NCBI GenBank assembly: GCA_050575255.1
Contig: JBNZDD010013596.1
Span: 1,192,440-1,256,439 of the forward strand
Source: Harriotta raleighana
Taxonomy: Eukaryota
Direction of reading: 5' to 3'
Length of the DNA stretch: 64,000 nt
The translations under genes were made by a program, and so were the position numbers. The notes under the pieces are model-generated. The model had not been told where the DNA came from. It did not search any database and worked only from the letters and a program-made list of their open reading frames with translations. Position 1 is the first letter of the stretch. Every line of letters begins with the position of its first letter. This document shows, piece after piece, positions 52,354 through 64,000 of the stretch.

Positions 52354-52885
52354 CAGTAAAAGCCCATTTATCCGGCACCTGCGGGACCTGGACAATGCTG
52401 TTTAAACGGTCGGATCCAACGCCAAAAAACGAACACAAAAAAAACTGATTTTAACACATACCATATTAATAATACACCAAACAATAACAGATAATAACAG
52501 AATATTGCATGGGTACTTTATTGTAAATGTTGTACACTGTACTATAAATAATAGACTAAATAAATGTACTAAATAAACTAATAACAGGTACTGTAGTAAC
52601 AGAATATTGTATTAGTACTTTATTATTTATGCTTAACTTCTGCAATGGCAGCCGTCATGGGAGGAAAAAGAACTGCAGCGCGACTTTTTAAAAAATGGCA
52701 GCGCGACTTTCAGGCTTTACTAGCGGCAAGCTGAAATACCTGTCCAGTACTCTTGTGCGATATTCAATTCATTAAATGTGCTCCTGCTATTCTGCCAGAT
52801 TACTTCTGGTTTATCGGATGAGGACTTCTTTTTGGCGTCCTGAAGGTTTCGGTTCATTGAGTCACGAATAAACGGGCTTTTACAG
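52354..52885 (+). mobile_element. pogo/Tigger-like MITE, uninterrupted copy
   Basis: CAGTAAAAGCCCATTTATCCG ... CGAATAAACGGGCTTTTACAG|TA. Confidence 0.85.
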
Positions 52886-52904
52886 TATTTAAAAACTTGT
52901 GTAT

Positions 52905-53295
52905 CGGTTGATTCAGTGGAAGTACTGTCATCTCTGGGTCAGAAGTTTTTTGGGTTGAAGCCCCAAATTGGAACTTGGAATCGCATAATTTAAGGCTGAC
53001 ACTCAAAGCAGTTTGGGAACTTCAGATAAGAGGTCAGACTGTCTGTTCAAGTGTATATTAAATATACCTTGGCACTATTTGAAAATATAAGTGTGTTTCT
53101 CCCAGTATTCTGGCCAACAATCACCTAAATAAAACTGTCCACTCACTCCATGGCTGTTTATGGGTCATTGCTGTGTACAACTGGTTGCCGCACTTTGCTC
53201 ACAAAGTACACAGTCAATCCACAATCAATTACAGTAAACCCTGTGAAGTACTTTGAGATGTCTTGAGGTGTACCAAAATGCAAGGATTATTGTTA
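52905..53295 (+). mobile_element. Old Deu-domain SINE
   Basis: GTCAGAAGTT...GGGTTGAAGCCCC head; GGCACTATTTGAA; CCCAGTATTCTGGCCAACA; tail ATGCAAGGATTATT. Confidence 0.7.
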
Positions 53296-53991
53296 TTATT
53301 TGTGATTAAATGAGCTATTGCTGATTCTTGAAAGGAACTCAGAATCTGAAGAGAAAGCAATGCATCATCTGTTGGAAAATGTAACATTATCAGTTGGTTG
53401 AAAATCTGATCTTATTTCAGAGACATATAATGGATCCAAAAATATGAAATTCATTGGAGATGGAAATAATTCATGGAATAATTGATTGGAGTCCAATCCT
53501 GTCACAGTATATTTTATTCTTAATATGTATGAAGGGCATTGTATAAACACAAGTTGTTGTTGAGAATAAAATACTAGCAAAATCAATATTTTTAAAAATG
53601 TTATTGTTGTAACATTGGGCAAAAGAAAATGTTTTTGAATGAAAAATTTCCATTGATTTAATGTTTTATCTACAGATTATAAATATATGTAATATTCAAT
53701 ACTTCAGAATTATCAGATGTACAAAAATCAAACCATCATAAAAACAAGGCGCTACACAAAATGCAAGGATTATTATTACCAATGGTGAAAATAAAATTAA
53801 TTTTACATTTTGGATCAATTTTAGACTTGAAGCACATATTTAATGCAAAAACAATGATGTGAAATCTAATGCCAATCAGACATTCATTAACAGATAATTC
53901 TTGCTTGTTTGCTTTTTCCATTAAAGGTTATAGGCAAACAAAAATGGTTCATAATAAAACACCACGCTATGAAGTTGTCTAGTTAAATCCC

Positions 53992-53997
53992 TTTAAT
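53992..53997 (-). terminator. ATTAAA poly(A) signal of NT5C1 last-exon copy A
   Basis: TTTAAT in context CTTTAATTCTCCTTGA; about 50 nt past the stop. Confidence 0.6.
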
Positions 53998-54045
53998 TCT
54001 CCTTGATGTATACAACAAGCATCCTTAACCACTTTCAAAAGAAAT

Positions 54046-54348
54046 TTAATGCTTCTTGTATGTGGTAATGGATCCCGACTGAACTGTTGAATGAAGTGAT
54101 TGGTCATCAAAGAAAATATGAGGGCGAATTTTATCTATGATCAGTAGTTTTGGTGTACCGTAAAGAACAAAGGCTTCATCCACCTCAAGGCCCCAGCCGC
54201 GAATTATCTTCAAAGCTTTTGCTCCATTAGTTCCACCGTATTTTGCCATGATCAAGTATATTCGGATTGGGCAATCCATACGTTCATTTTTGGCAAAGAA
54301 CTTTTTCTGGAGTTTGCCGAGAGCCTCCAAAAATCCTACGAGGGGGGC
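54046..54348 (-). CDS. NT5C1B: Cytosolic 5'-nucleotidase I (NT5C1B-like) last exon, copy A (100 aa + stop)
   Basis: Acceptor cctgtttcacaaacag|GCC; [29 protein letters not shown]...WGLEVDEA...[11 protein letters not shown] matches the canonical GPLKGFLExLGRLQKKFY...[10 protein letters not shown] final exon. Confidence 0.85.
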   Translation of the reverse strand, partial: APLVGFLEALGKLQKKFFAKNERMDCPIRIYLIMAKYGGTNGAKALKIIRGWGLEVDEAFVLYGTPKLLIIDKIRPHIFFDDQSLHSTVQSGSITTYKKH

Positions 54349-54558
54349 CTGTTTGTGAAACAGGATGAATTACAACTTCAGAAATAACTGGCGTTCAATA
54401 CTTCCAAAACCTAAAATCATAGACTTAATTTAATTTCTGCTAATTTCATACTCTGTAACTTCAGGTAACCAGCACAATAGTTAGGTTAAAGGGACCTGAA
54501 TCTCATTTCCCCTTCATCTTTTGTGTGTTGTGCTTGCCTTGTTTTAGGTGACCCATAG

Positions 54559-54745
54559 AAATAATCCTTGCATTTGATATAGTGCCTTATCACATCTTCT
54601 AGACTTCTCCACATGCTTCACAGAATATACTGTAAAGTGAATTGACTGCATATTTTGTGGACGAAAGGCAGCAGCCAATTGCGCACAGCAGTGTCCCACA
54701 AACAGTCGTGGATTGACTGACCACATTTTGTTTCTTTGAGCGATT
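54559..54745 (-). mobile_element. tRNA-derived SINE 3' half
   Basis: Family tail and core in reverse complement. Confidence 0.85.
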
Positions 54746-56479
54746 ATTAACTCTGGATCCATTGCTCAAATATTTCCACAGCCAGAATTCGCAAGCTTTT
54801 TCTTGGCCACAATGCTAATCTGTAATCACGGCTGAGTATTTGCACAATAATAGCAGGGTTGTCATATCTTCCGATGCTTCCTCTACCCTTTATGCATCTC
54901 AACTCCACTCAGCATCTCTCCTGACTGATCTGGAGAGATGGCCATGGAAGTATTATCGAATGAACGGTGTAGAAAGGCTTATTTCCTTTATTTCCACAGT
55001 GTGTCTGCAAGTCACCCATTGCAGAATACACACTTATATTGCTCCTCAGGCACCCACTTTTCTGCAGAAATATGCAGAATGCAGAATGATACGAGAACCA
55101 CAAGCAATTAACATTCCCACCATTTGAACTCCCACTTGTATTAGAGAATGGTTGACGAGTTGATAAATTGTACATTTGGAAGCTTGGAATCTCAAGTAAT
55201 TCACTAGATAACCAGGGGTGAGATTTTGAGGCATTTTCAAAAATATATAAAAGTTTAAACATAAAACAATACAAAGAGTTGACAAACTTATCCTTTTGAA
55301 ACTTACTGCAAACAGAAGCATTTCTTATTGTATCATATAGTTATCCACCCACATACTTTTGGAGCAACTAAGTTCCAAACCTGACTTGGAAACACAAATC
55401 TTTTTCAAAATTTGTTAACTGATCCAAATCTTAATTGAACCAATTAAAGAACCCAAATCTGTTTTTATCTTGACTCACTCTCAAGGTGCTCACTATGGAA
55501 GATCAGTGCATTTCAACAGCTACTTTTATTTTAATCTGAACATAGGGTTTCTCTAACGGTATGAAAGAAACTCTGCCAACAGTATTCCTTTCATTCAGTG
55601 ACCGAGAAACAAACGTGGGAAAATTCAGCTTTGAAAAGTGAAACTGAAATATAATGAGGACAATTCTTATTCATAAGGATTCTAAATGCTCCAATGGCAA
55701 TGTAACATAATAGAAATTGAAAAGTAAACTTAAAAGAAAAAAAATCACAGAACATTTCAGTGAACAAAACATCATCATATTGACAAATATTTCAGAGTCA
55801 TTAGCTCTGAAACTTAGACAAATTCCTCATACAATACTAACCATCAACAGGAATTAGAAATGGAGATAATAAGAAACACAATTATAAAATGAGGTTACTC
55901 ACTAATAAGTGCTTTGGTCATGTGTATTGGTTGTGAGATATAGAGTGTAAGTGGAAAAGTTACATTGCTGCAGAAAAAAGTAATCCAGCCCCACCACCCA
56001 TGTCACCTCCCATATTTTAACAGTTACCTTAGCTCTAAGATTCCCAAATCAATTAGTTTTTTCTACAATCCAAAGTACTGGATTGAATGGCCACTAGTTT
56101 GTTTAAGTAATGAACCAGAATGTGCCACCATTACAATTCTCTAATGAGCCAAAATAGACTACATTTATAGCTACAGTACAACTTGGGCAAAGCTTGAACT
56201 CCCGAGGCTGTGTGTCAGGCAATAGCTAAACAACAAAATTACATTTATAGAGCACCTTTCATGTCGGGACGATGTCCCAAGGCACTAAAGCATCAGTACT
56301 CTGATTAGATATTGTTCTGATGGCAAGATTGATACCATTCTGGAGGCAGAGTTTACTATCTTACTATATGCCAGCTATAATGAAGAATGTTTTTTATATC
56401 CCATCATAAGCAATTATAAGGGTATCATGAAGATTGTTGGATTGGGACCTATCACCATTTTCAGACCGTCATATCCATG

Positions 56480-56910
56480 GAGTTCATTATTCTTTAAATG
56501 CCCTCCTTGATGGTCTCCCCAGCTCCACAATACACCAAAAATTCAGAACTCCAGCTATCCGGATTCTCATCCGCACAAAACTGCAATCACACCAGTCCTT
56601 GCCAGGCTCCACTGGCTCCCAATTACTGAACAGATCGATTTCAAGATCCTCTCATTTCAAATCATTTCATGCCATCTCACCTTCCTCTTTTCTTCAAACG
56701 TTCCACCTTGTCCCCTCCCTCTCCATTTCAAAAATCCCTTTCTTTTTTGCAAGGGTATGGGGAAAGAGCGGGTAAGTGGGAGTAATTGGATAGCCCTAAT
56801 TGATCTTCTGTGTTGTTCGATTTTGTGATTCTAAATGGTCCCTGTAATCAAGTGCTCTGAGACACCACCCGGCAGGGAGGGCGCAATATAAATCCAAGTT
56901 GTTGTTGTAA
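56480..56910 (+). mobile_element. Degenerate L2 3' fragment
   Basis: NALLDGLPSSTI...; GGCTCCACTGGCTCCC; tail GGGCGCAATATAAATCCAAGTTGTTGTTG. Confidence 0.7.
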
Positions 56911-57594
56911 TTAATGGAAGAATTGGCTCTTAGTCAAATCATTCTCCCTCCCTCCATTTCTTTTGTCAAAATAAAATCTGTGGTTCTTCTCCCATCACAG
57001 CTAAAATGAACGCACCTATTCAGCCTCCTCAGTAAGTCTTCACTCATTGTATACACCAATGGCATCTGCAAGCAGTGACAATGTTTCAAGATGAAGGTGT
57101 CCTATCACTGAGGATCAGCAGTGAATTCACGTGGAATATTAGCCTGAAATCCAGGCTTGATAATTTGTCTAAACTTCTGATATTTTTGATGCACTAATTA
57201 GTCTGTAGCCTAATATACAGTCTCTGGATTCTCTTCCGGTAGTGGACTTCCAGAATTTTTATTAACAAATAGCAATATTTAATATCCAGTTCAAGTAACA
57301 ATCAGAAAGCAGCACTCGCCTTCACAATCATACAGCTGCTCAGCAATTTCAAAATTATATTTCAACTAAAAGGAATGTTGGATGAAGTAAGACAGCAGTA
57401 GAATTATATAGCAGTAACCCATAGCAATGAGGGAAATCACTATTTCACCTGCACTAGCAATATGGTATCATAAAGACCAGATGCTTAAATTGTTGTTCAT
57501 TAATGTTAGCAAAATTGTAGATGATAACAATTTATATGGACTAAGATTCGTATCACTCAAACTCAATATACAAACTCTCTTTGCTACATTCGCA

Positions 57595-58822
57595 AAAACA
57601 ACAACAACAAAATTACATGTATAGCACCTTTCATGGCAAGAGGACCTAGGATAGTCATTGTTTCAGGCGGGAGCTGGGGACAAGGAGGGTGGAGGAAAAG
57701 GGGGAGATTTGGGATGACTGATGGGACCAACAAGGTTCTTAAGGCAGGACTTGAAGAAGGCTAGGGAGGGGTTGAGGCAGAGGGACTGCAGGATGGAGAT
57801 CCAGAGGTTGGGGGCAGAGTGGCTAAAGGCTCGCCCTCCAATGGTGGGGCGGGGAATGTGGAGTAGGCCAGAGCATGCTGAGCAGAGAGGGTGAACAGGT
57901 TGGTAGGATGTTAGGAAGTCACAAAGGTAGTGGGGCGAGGCCATGCAGGGCATTGAATGTGAGGACCAGGATCTTAAATTGGATCCTCTGGGTGATGGGG
58001 AGCCAATGGAATCGGGTGAGGATGGGGGTGATGGGGTCGCAAAGCTTTGAACAGTAGAGGACATGAGTATCAGAGTTCTAGATTATCCGCAGCCTATGGA
58101 GGGAGGAATCGGGAAAGTCGACAAGCAGGGCATTGCCGTAGTTGAGCCTGGACATTATGAAGACATGGATGAGAGTTTTAGTGGCCTGAGAGGTGAGGTA
58201 GTGGCTGAGTTGGGCAATATTGCGGAGGTGAGGGAAGGCAAAGTAGATCATAGCTTGGATATGGGGGAGAAAAGACTGTTGAGGATCGAACAAGACACCT
58301 ACGTTTCTGACTGGCTTGGTGAGGTTGAGTGTGCAACCATGGAGGTTGATGTTGCAAGTGCCTGATGCATGAAGGCGCTGGCGTGAGCCAATCAGGAAGA
58401 CCTCAATCTTGTTGATGATCAACTGTAGAAAGGTAGCTCTCATCCAGGATTTGATGTCTGTCAGGACAGCAGTGGTCCTGGAGTCAAGAGTAGAGGCAGA
58501 AAGATAGCGTTGGGTGTCATCTGCATACATGTGCAAGTTGACCTCATATCTGTGGATGATGTCACCAAGGAGAGATCCAGAGGGATCACCAAGGGAGAGT
58601 ATGTAGATGTTAAATACTAACGGGTCAAGGACAGAGCCCTGAGGTACTCCACAGGTGCAGTGTGGGGGCTGGAAGATAAGTTGTTGGTGGCGACAAAGTG
58701 GAGATGGTGAGAAAGGTAGGAATCAAACCAGGCGAGGGCAGGTCAGTGACGATTGAGCTGGGAGGAGAGGTGGTGGTGTAGGAGGTTGGAGTGGTCGACA
58801 GTGTTGAAGGCAGCAGAGAGGT
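57595..58822 (-). mobile_element. 5'-truncated L2 LINE with disrupted RT
   Basis: [59 protein letters not shown]; (TTG)n tail. Confidence 0.92.
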
Positions 58823-61229
58823 AATGCCCCCAATTACTTCCTACCAGGTACCCCACACATCTCAGCATGAAATGCAATTTGTTTTTGCTGAGGGGATCAA
58901 TCAAGTGTCTTAACACATGAGAAAATCCATCACCATGCTTAAGACTATCCAAACCAAGCTGAGATTTCCATGCAGTCCACCTACACATGGAAATCCCAGA
59001 GACAGATTGTACCAATGCACACTCTCCCCCTAGAGAGACACATTCTGCTTACTTCGTTTTATAAAGTATTGGATGCATATTGGCCAGAGCCAACATTTGG
59101 GGATAANTCGTTTTATAAAGTATTGGATGCATATTGGCCAGAGCCAACATTTGGGGACCCCAGAGTGTGTGTTGGGGATAATGTGTAGGTGTCTAGGTGT
59201 TTAACCACCTAAACCTGCATAGCTTACCATTGATATTGCTGTCCAGCAAGCTTTCCGCTGTTTGTCCATAATTGCACAACAATAACAACTTACATTGTGG
59301 ACCACCCTATCTGTTTGGGTTTGGCTTTCAGAATTAACAGGAGCTGAATAGGAGGATAGTCACTGGTTGATTATTTAACATTCAAGAAGCACAGGGTTTG
59401 AGCCCCTAGTAGATGATGGTGGGTTCCAGGAACTCCCTGTGAGCTTCCCAGTGGATAACGCATCTCTGCATGAAATGGGTGAGAGCATTACCACCATATT
59501 CCTGTCCAACGCTCAGGCACACATCCCTTCCCATTGAGTGATGGTTCCACCAATTGGAGATGAAAAGCATGAGCAGCAGCTGTTTACCTTTCTGCAGGCC
59601 TATCAAAGTGGGTTCTAGACGCTGGACATACAAACGTTTGTTCATGAACTCAGACTCCAGGTAGAGCCCAAGTCTCAGAGTTTCCTCATCAGCTATCTGG
59701 TGGCCATATACCTTCAATGTGGTGGATGGATCTTTACACGACAGCTTGTGACATGTCAGCCACCTTGATGTCCTTGAGGTTGAAGTCTTTTGTCGTATAC
59801 CAGACTTCCTCAGCACCAGCTGCTCAATCCAGATCCTCATGAGAGGGCCTTGACAAATAGATGTGCCCACTTTGAAGCCGATTCCATCTCCAGGATTCTC
59901 AGCGATAGATCAATGTGGGCCAATGTCCTCTCACCCTGCAGCCACTTCTTGTGTTTGCCACAAATTCCACCTTATTGCTTGATACCGGACTTTGCAAATG
60001 GGCCAGTGGAAGCCTCTGCACTGCCAGGTGCAACAACAAAATGATTTTCTTCCACGTAACTTTTGCAATTGTTTCCATGTAATGCAATCCATATATTGCA
60101 ACACACAATCTCTTTTCTAATGAAAACATGTTGAGTCCCACAAGTCTCTCTCAAGAGGGGCCAAATTGATTTGCATCGCAGGCATTTATACTCTTAACAT
60201 TATATATTCAATATTCTGGTAAAGCTATTTCCTCAAGGCAATCGTGGCAGCTGGGTTCCAGAACAAAATGTTTCATGCTTGAATGTCTCACACATGATTT
60301 ACACTGGGATTTTCATGGCAATTTGGCTAGTTTTTTGTGCCAATTTGGCATGAATTTCATGGTGAATCAGCACAAAAAGCATTGTATAAACTATACATTA
60401 ATCTTTTCTATAAGCCTCATGTTCAAACACTTAAGTAGATTATTGCCAGTGAATTGTCCTTGTGAACTCACTTGCTAGTATCCTGAAAGAATTCCAGTGG
60501 ATATAAAGCACATTATTTCTTGTATATCCATTGCAATTATGTATAATGACTTATGGGCTCCTTTAATTAACATAATAGTATGTTGTAAAATGTTCTAGAG
60601 GGCTTCCCCCAATGTCTCCAGTACTAACAACAATCCAAATGGTCTACAATTTAAATGTAAGGAGCCACAAAAGTTTTGTATCCTAGGATAGCTTAATCTT
60701 CCCATCCTTTATTTCTTCAAACCTTTTCTCCCTCATAGCTATGATCTTCACCTCTGCGGTTTATTTCCATCTTTCAATCTCTCACACAGCCCTCATCAAA
60801 TTTGGATGAAGTCTGTTCATTTTACTCTCCAGTAACTTAGCCACTGGCTATCCAATAATGTTTCTAGACTTAATTTTAGACAGCAATGTCACTTTCTCTT
60901 ATTTTCAACAAATAAATAGATTTCAAAACTTTTATCATCATTCATCTTATTAAAAAGCTCTTCCATGATCCCTCCACATTCTCAACGTACTCTTTCTTGC
61001 CAACTCGGTAGCGTGTATTGCCACTTGACCAAGTTTTCACTTCTGTCACTATTCCTTGATTAAGTCCCTGGAACACTGTTGGTCTACTTTACCAATAGAG
61101 TCTGTCTGTCTGCAATCAGGGCTTGTTGTCTATCCACAAAAGGCTGATCCTCAGTATTGGAGAAGGATCTCAACTGGTGGAGGAATGAGTTATAAGCAAT
61201 TTTCAGGACTTCTTCTGACTTGAAAGATG

Positions 61230-61450
61230 CCTCCATAAGGATTATATAGAGGTATACAAGATTTAAATTGAAAATGTAAACCTGGAACAATATATTTTAT
61301 GCATCAAAGAACACAAGTTTAGAGTTGCAAAGGGCAAATTCAGGAAAAATATCAATAAACATGTCCTTACTTCTAGGTATCTGTCCAGAATCTGCCACTT
61401 GGATGAGGCTAGGATATTGGATTTATTTAAAAAAATTAAAGGACATTCTT
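61230..61450 (+). mobile_element. Degenerate CR1 fragment
   Basis: ATAGAGGTATACAAGATT and AAAGGGCAAATTCAGGA resemble the CR1 ORF2 C-terminus. Confidence 0.5.
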
Positions 61451-61971
61451 CATCTGAACTAACCTTGGGGTATGAATTTGGATTTCTCTCTGTTTGCTGC
61501 TGTTGTTGTGCATTTAATTTGTGTCCTTCACATTTCCTCCATGAAACAATTCTAAGCCATCACAATTTTGACAGGTATTTTGGGAGCAAGGTCCCATCAA
61601 AAGCCTTAACGTGAATAAACAGGTACTCTCTATGGTGGGTTCTCTATCATCCATTTGAACAGGTAGACCACATTTCAGTTTAAACATCTGATCTGGATTA
61701 TAGCACTTCTGACAATAAACACTCTCCCAGAGCTGAATATTGCATCAGCCTAGAGTTGGGAATTGAACCACCATCAATTGGTGCCAACTGAGCAAACTTT
61801 GACACATTATATGTGGTCTTGGAAAGTGAGTTAAAATCTTACATATCAAGTTTAAACTGGCTGATTCTCAGAATTCTCAGCTCCATTAATAAGTTAATAC
61901 TGAAGTTGACTGCCAAGTTGTCAGTCAAATTGGTGACATAGAAAAATTGAGTATCAAGAAATCAGATCAGT

Positions 61972-62330
61972 TGAGTCTTGTAACGTATTGGTTAGAAGAA
62001 TCACCTCACAAGCAAGAGGACCCAGGTTTAATTCCTTGCCGGGGCAAAACCTTATACAAGTTTCCTTACTCTATCCACATGCCTCTGTTTACCTAACAGT
62101 AAGTCGCAACCCAGTTGATTGGCAGATTCCTTTTCCAGGGATAATAACACTTTTTAAAAAAATCTTGGTTCCTCAATCCACAATATTTTATGGGATGCTG
62201 TTGTGCAAATTGGCTGCTGCTTTATGCCCACAGAATAGTCAATTCACTTCACAATATATTCAGTCAAGTGCTTTGAGATTTCTCAACAATGTGACCAGTT
62301 GCTATATCAACTGCAATAATTATTAATATT
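61972..62330 (+). mobile_element. Full-length tRNA-derived SINE (long variant)
   Basis: Head GGTTAGA...GACCCAGGTTTAATTCC, core GTGCAAATTGGCTGCTGC, tail. Confidence 0.8.
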
Positions 62331-62336
62331 ATTATA

Positions 62337-62450
62337 TACATAAGAACATAAGAAATAGGAGCAGGTATAGGCTATGCGGCCCCTCGAGCCTGCTCTGCCA
62401 TTCAATAGGATCATGGCTGATCTTCTAACCTAATTCGATTTACCAGCCCT
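62337..62450 (-). mobile_element. CR1 LINE extreme 3' end
   Basis: ACATAAGAACATAAGAAATAGGAGCAGG...GGCCCCTCGAGCCTGCTCTGCCATTCAATAGGATCATGGCTGATC, a CR1 terminus type familiar from cartilaginous fish. Confidence 0.8.
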
Positions 62451-63736
62451 ATATACATTAATGAGACAAAAATGTACCTACCCATTAGTTTAAAAGGGAG
62501 TGGGCTGTGGGATGGTGTATCTGTTGCATGAGTGCATTGGTTCAGCACAAGATACATCTCTTCAGAACAATAGAGGAATTGTTCCTATACTCTTTTTGGC
62601 CCAATGTGAAGGAGTGAGAAAACTACTTGTTTTGGGGGGAATTGGGCAGTCTGATACTGTCACACATCGGCCCAGAAGTCTGGAAAAGGATGTTAATTTG
62701 AAGCTGTCCTTTACTTGAGGCGGGTGTTCAAGAAGGTGATTAACATTGCCAAATTGTCAAGGTTTTCAATCAACAATATATCTGGCTTTCTTCAAATATT
62801 GCATAAAATAAATGGTATGTATTCTGATTTCTGAGTCTAATTTCTGATCCAAATGTGATAAGTCTCAAGCTGATGCATTTCTGACAGGGACTACCGAGGA
62901 TGGTAACTGGAGCCTTCGTGCACAACCAGAAGCCCATAAAGGCTGAGGTTCGCATCAGTAGAAGGTACCATAGATAAAGGACTGAAACACAATATTCACA
63001 AGCAGCCAGAAGTCTCAACTAACACAACAGTTTCTGATTTGTGAATATCACATTTTCCTCCCCAATGGGCACAAACGGGAAGAACCTTCTGCAATCAATG
63101 CAAAGGTGAAACCCTCTATAAAATACTCTTGCTATAAGAACTTTGACCATCTTTCCCAATAAAATGGATTGTTTGCCTGAAGGGCAGGAAAATAGTAGAA
63201 TACCATCAGAAATTGCTTCTCAAAAAACATTAAAAATATGATGTGACAAGAACAAATAGCTTGATAAAAGAATTATGAACACATGGTCATATTTCATATT
63301 GTTATATTCCAGGCCAGATCTAATTTCTAAATAAAAGCAGAATATGTCTTAGTTAAAGCCTGTGTAATCTATAATGATCTACATTGCTGAATTTCATGGC
63401 CACCAAAAACATACTTTTTCATTTGTAAGGCACAGTAGCTGTTTGTGGTCAAATACATTTTAGAAACTATTAATTGTCTAAAATATACAGTAAATTTGTC
63501 CATATTCCTATATTGAGGGAATTTTAAGGGCAAGTTTGCATTTGTCCTAATCTAATAGCCTAATATCTTTGATTACTTTTTATTTTGGATTTAGAATATT
63601 ACCTTATTACCTGGCAGTTCTACTCATGTTACAGCTTTACTGTATGAGTGACATTGAGTTAATGTCTACAGGCTAGTCAGAGGCTCAATTTGTTCCCGAC
63701 CATTTCACGTAGACAATTACAGAGAGTCAAAATCTA

Positions 63737-63973
63737 AACAACAGCAGCAACAACAACCTACATTTATATAGCGCCCTCCACATTATGCATAGCAGTGTCC
63801 CACAAACAGTTGTGAATTGTCGGACCACATTTTTTTGGGATGGATTATTATTAGGTGCGTGGAGTAAGGAAACTTGCCAAGGTTTCGCCTTGGCTGGAAT
63901 TGAACCCAGGTCTCTCACTTGTAAGGCGAGCGCTCTAACCACTGGGTTACAGGACTCCATGAGCTACAGGACT
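63737..63973 (-). mobile_element. tRNA-derived SINE 5' half joined to an L2-type tail
   Basis: Well-preserved tRNA head reverse complement GGAATTGAACCCAGG...CTCTAACCACTGGGTTACAGGACTCCA; left end CAACAACC...TTTATATAGCGCCCT. Confidence 0.85.
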
Positions 63974-64000
63974 TTAAGATGAAAAAAACAGAAAGCTGGA

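Noticed and set aside
61570-61615. Minus-strand KAFDGTLL as the NT5C1 motif I exon (VAFDGDAVLF)
   Set aside because: It lacks the second Asp, is followed by a stop within a few codons and has no further similarity

Overview
Repeat-rich vertebrate genomic DNA, not prokaryotic. The Deu-domain tRNA SINEs, L2 LINEs and CR1 3' ends suggest a cartilaginous fish, which is an inference. The window holds a complete two-exon RDH14 gene on the minus strand (CDS 33104-32751 joined to 25361-24747, 322 aa) with a CpG island and a GC-rich minisatellite upstream. Further upstream on the same strand, where the last exon of NT5C1B (cytosolic 5'-nucleotidase I) is expected from the known NT5C1B-RDH14 synteny, there are three tandem, strongly diverged copies of that last exon (54348-54046, 45720-45382, 41068-40751; 43-51% aa identity by hand alignment). 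All three are open and indel-free. Each has a near-identical phase-0 splice acceptor, its own stop codon and a homologous ATTAAA poly(A) signal, and I found no other NT5C1 exons between them. The best candidate for an undescribed system is therefore a cassette array of alternative last exons that swaps HAD motifs II-IV of a nucleotidase. The rest is SINEs, L2/CR1 fragments, pogo/Tigger-like MITEs (one nested in inverted orientation inside another), an orphan promoter-like element at about 14.4-14.6 kb, two assembly gaps and several single-N join artefacts. Repeat boundaries were read by eye and are approximate.
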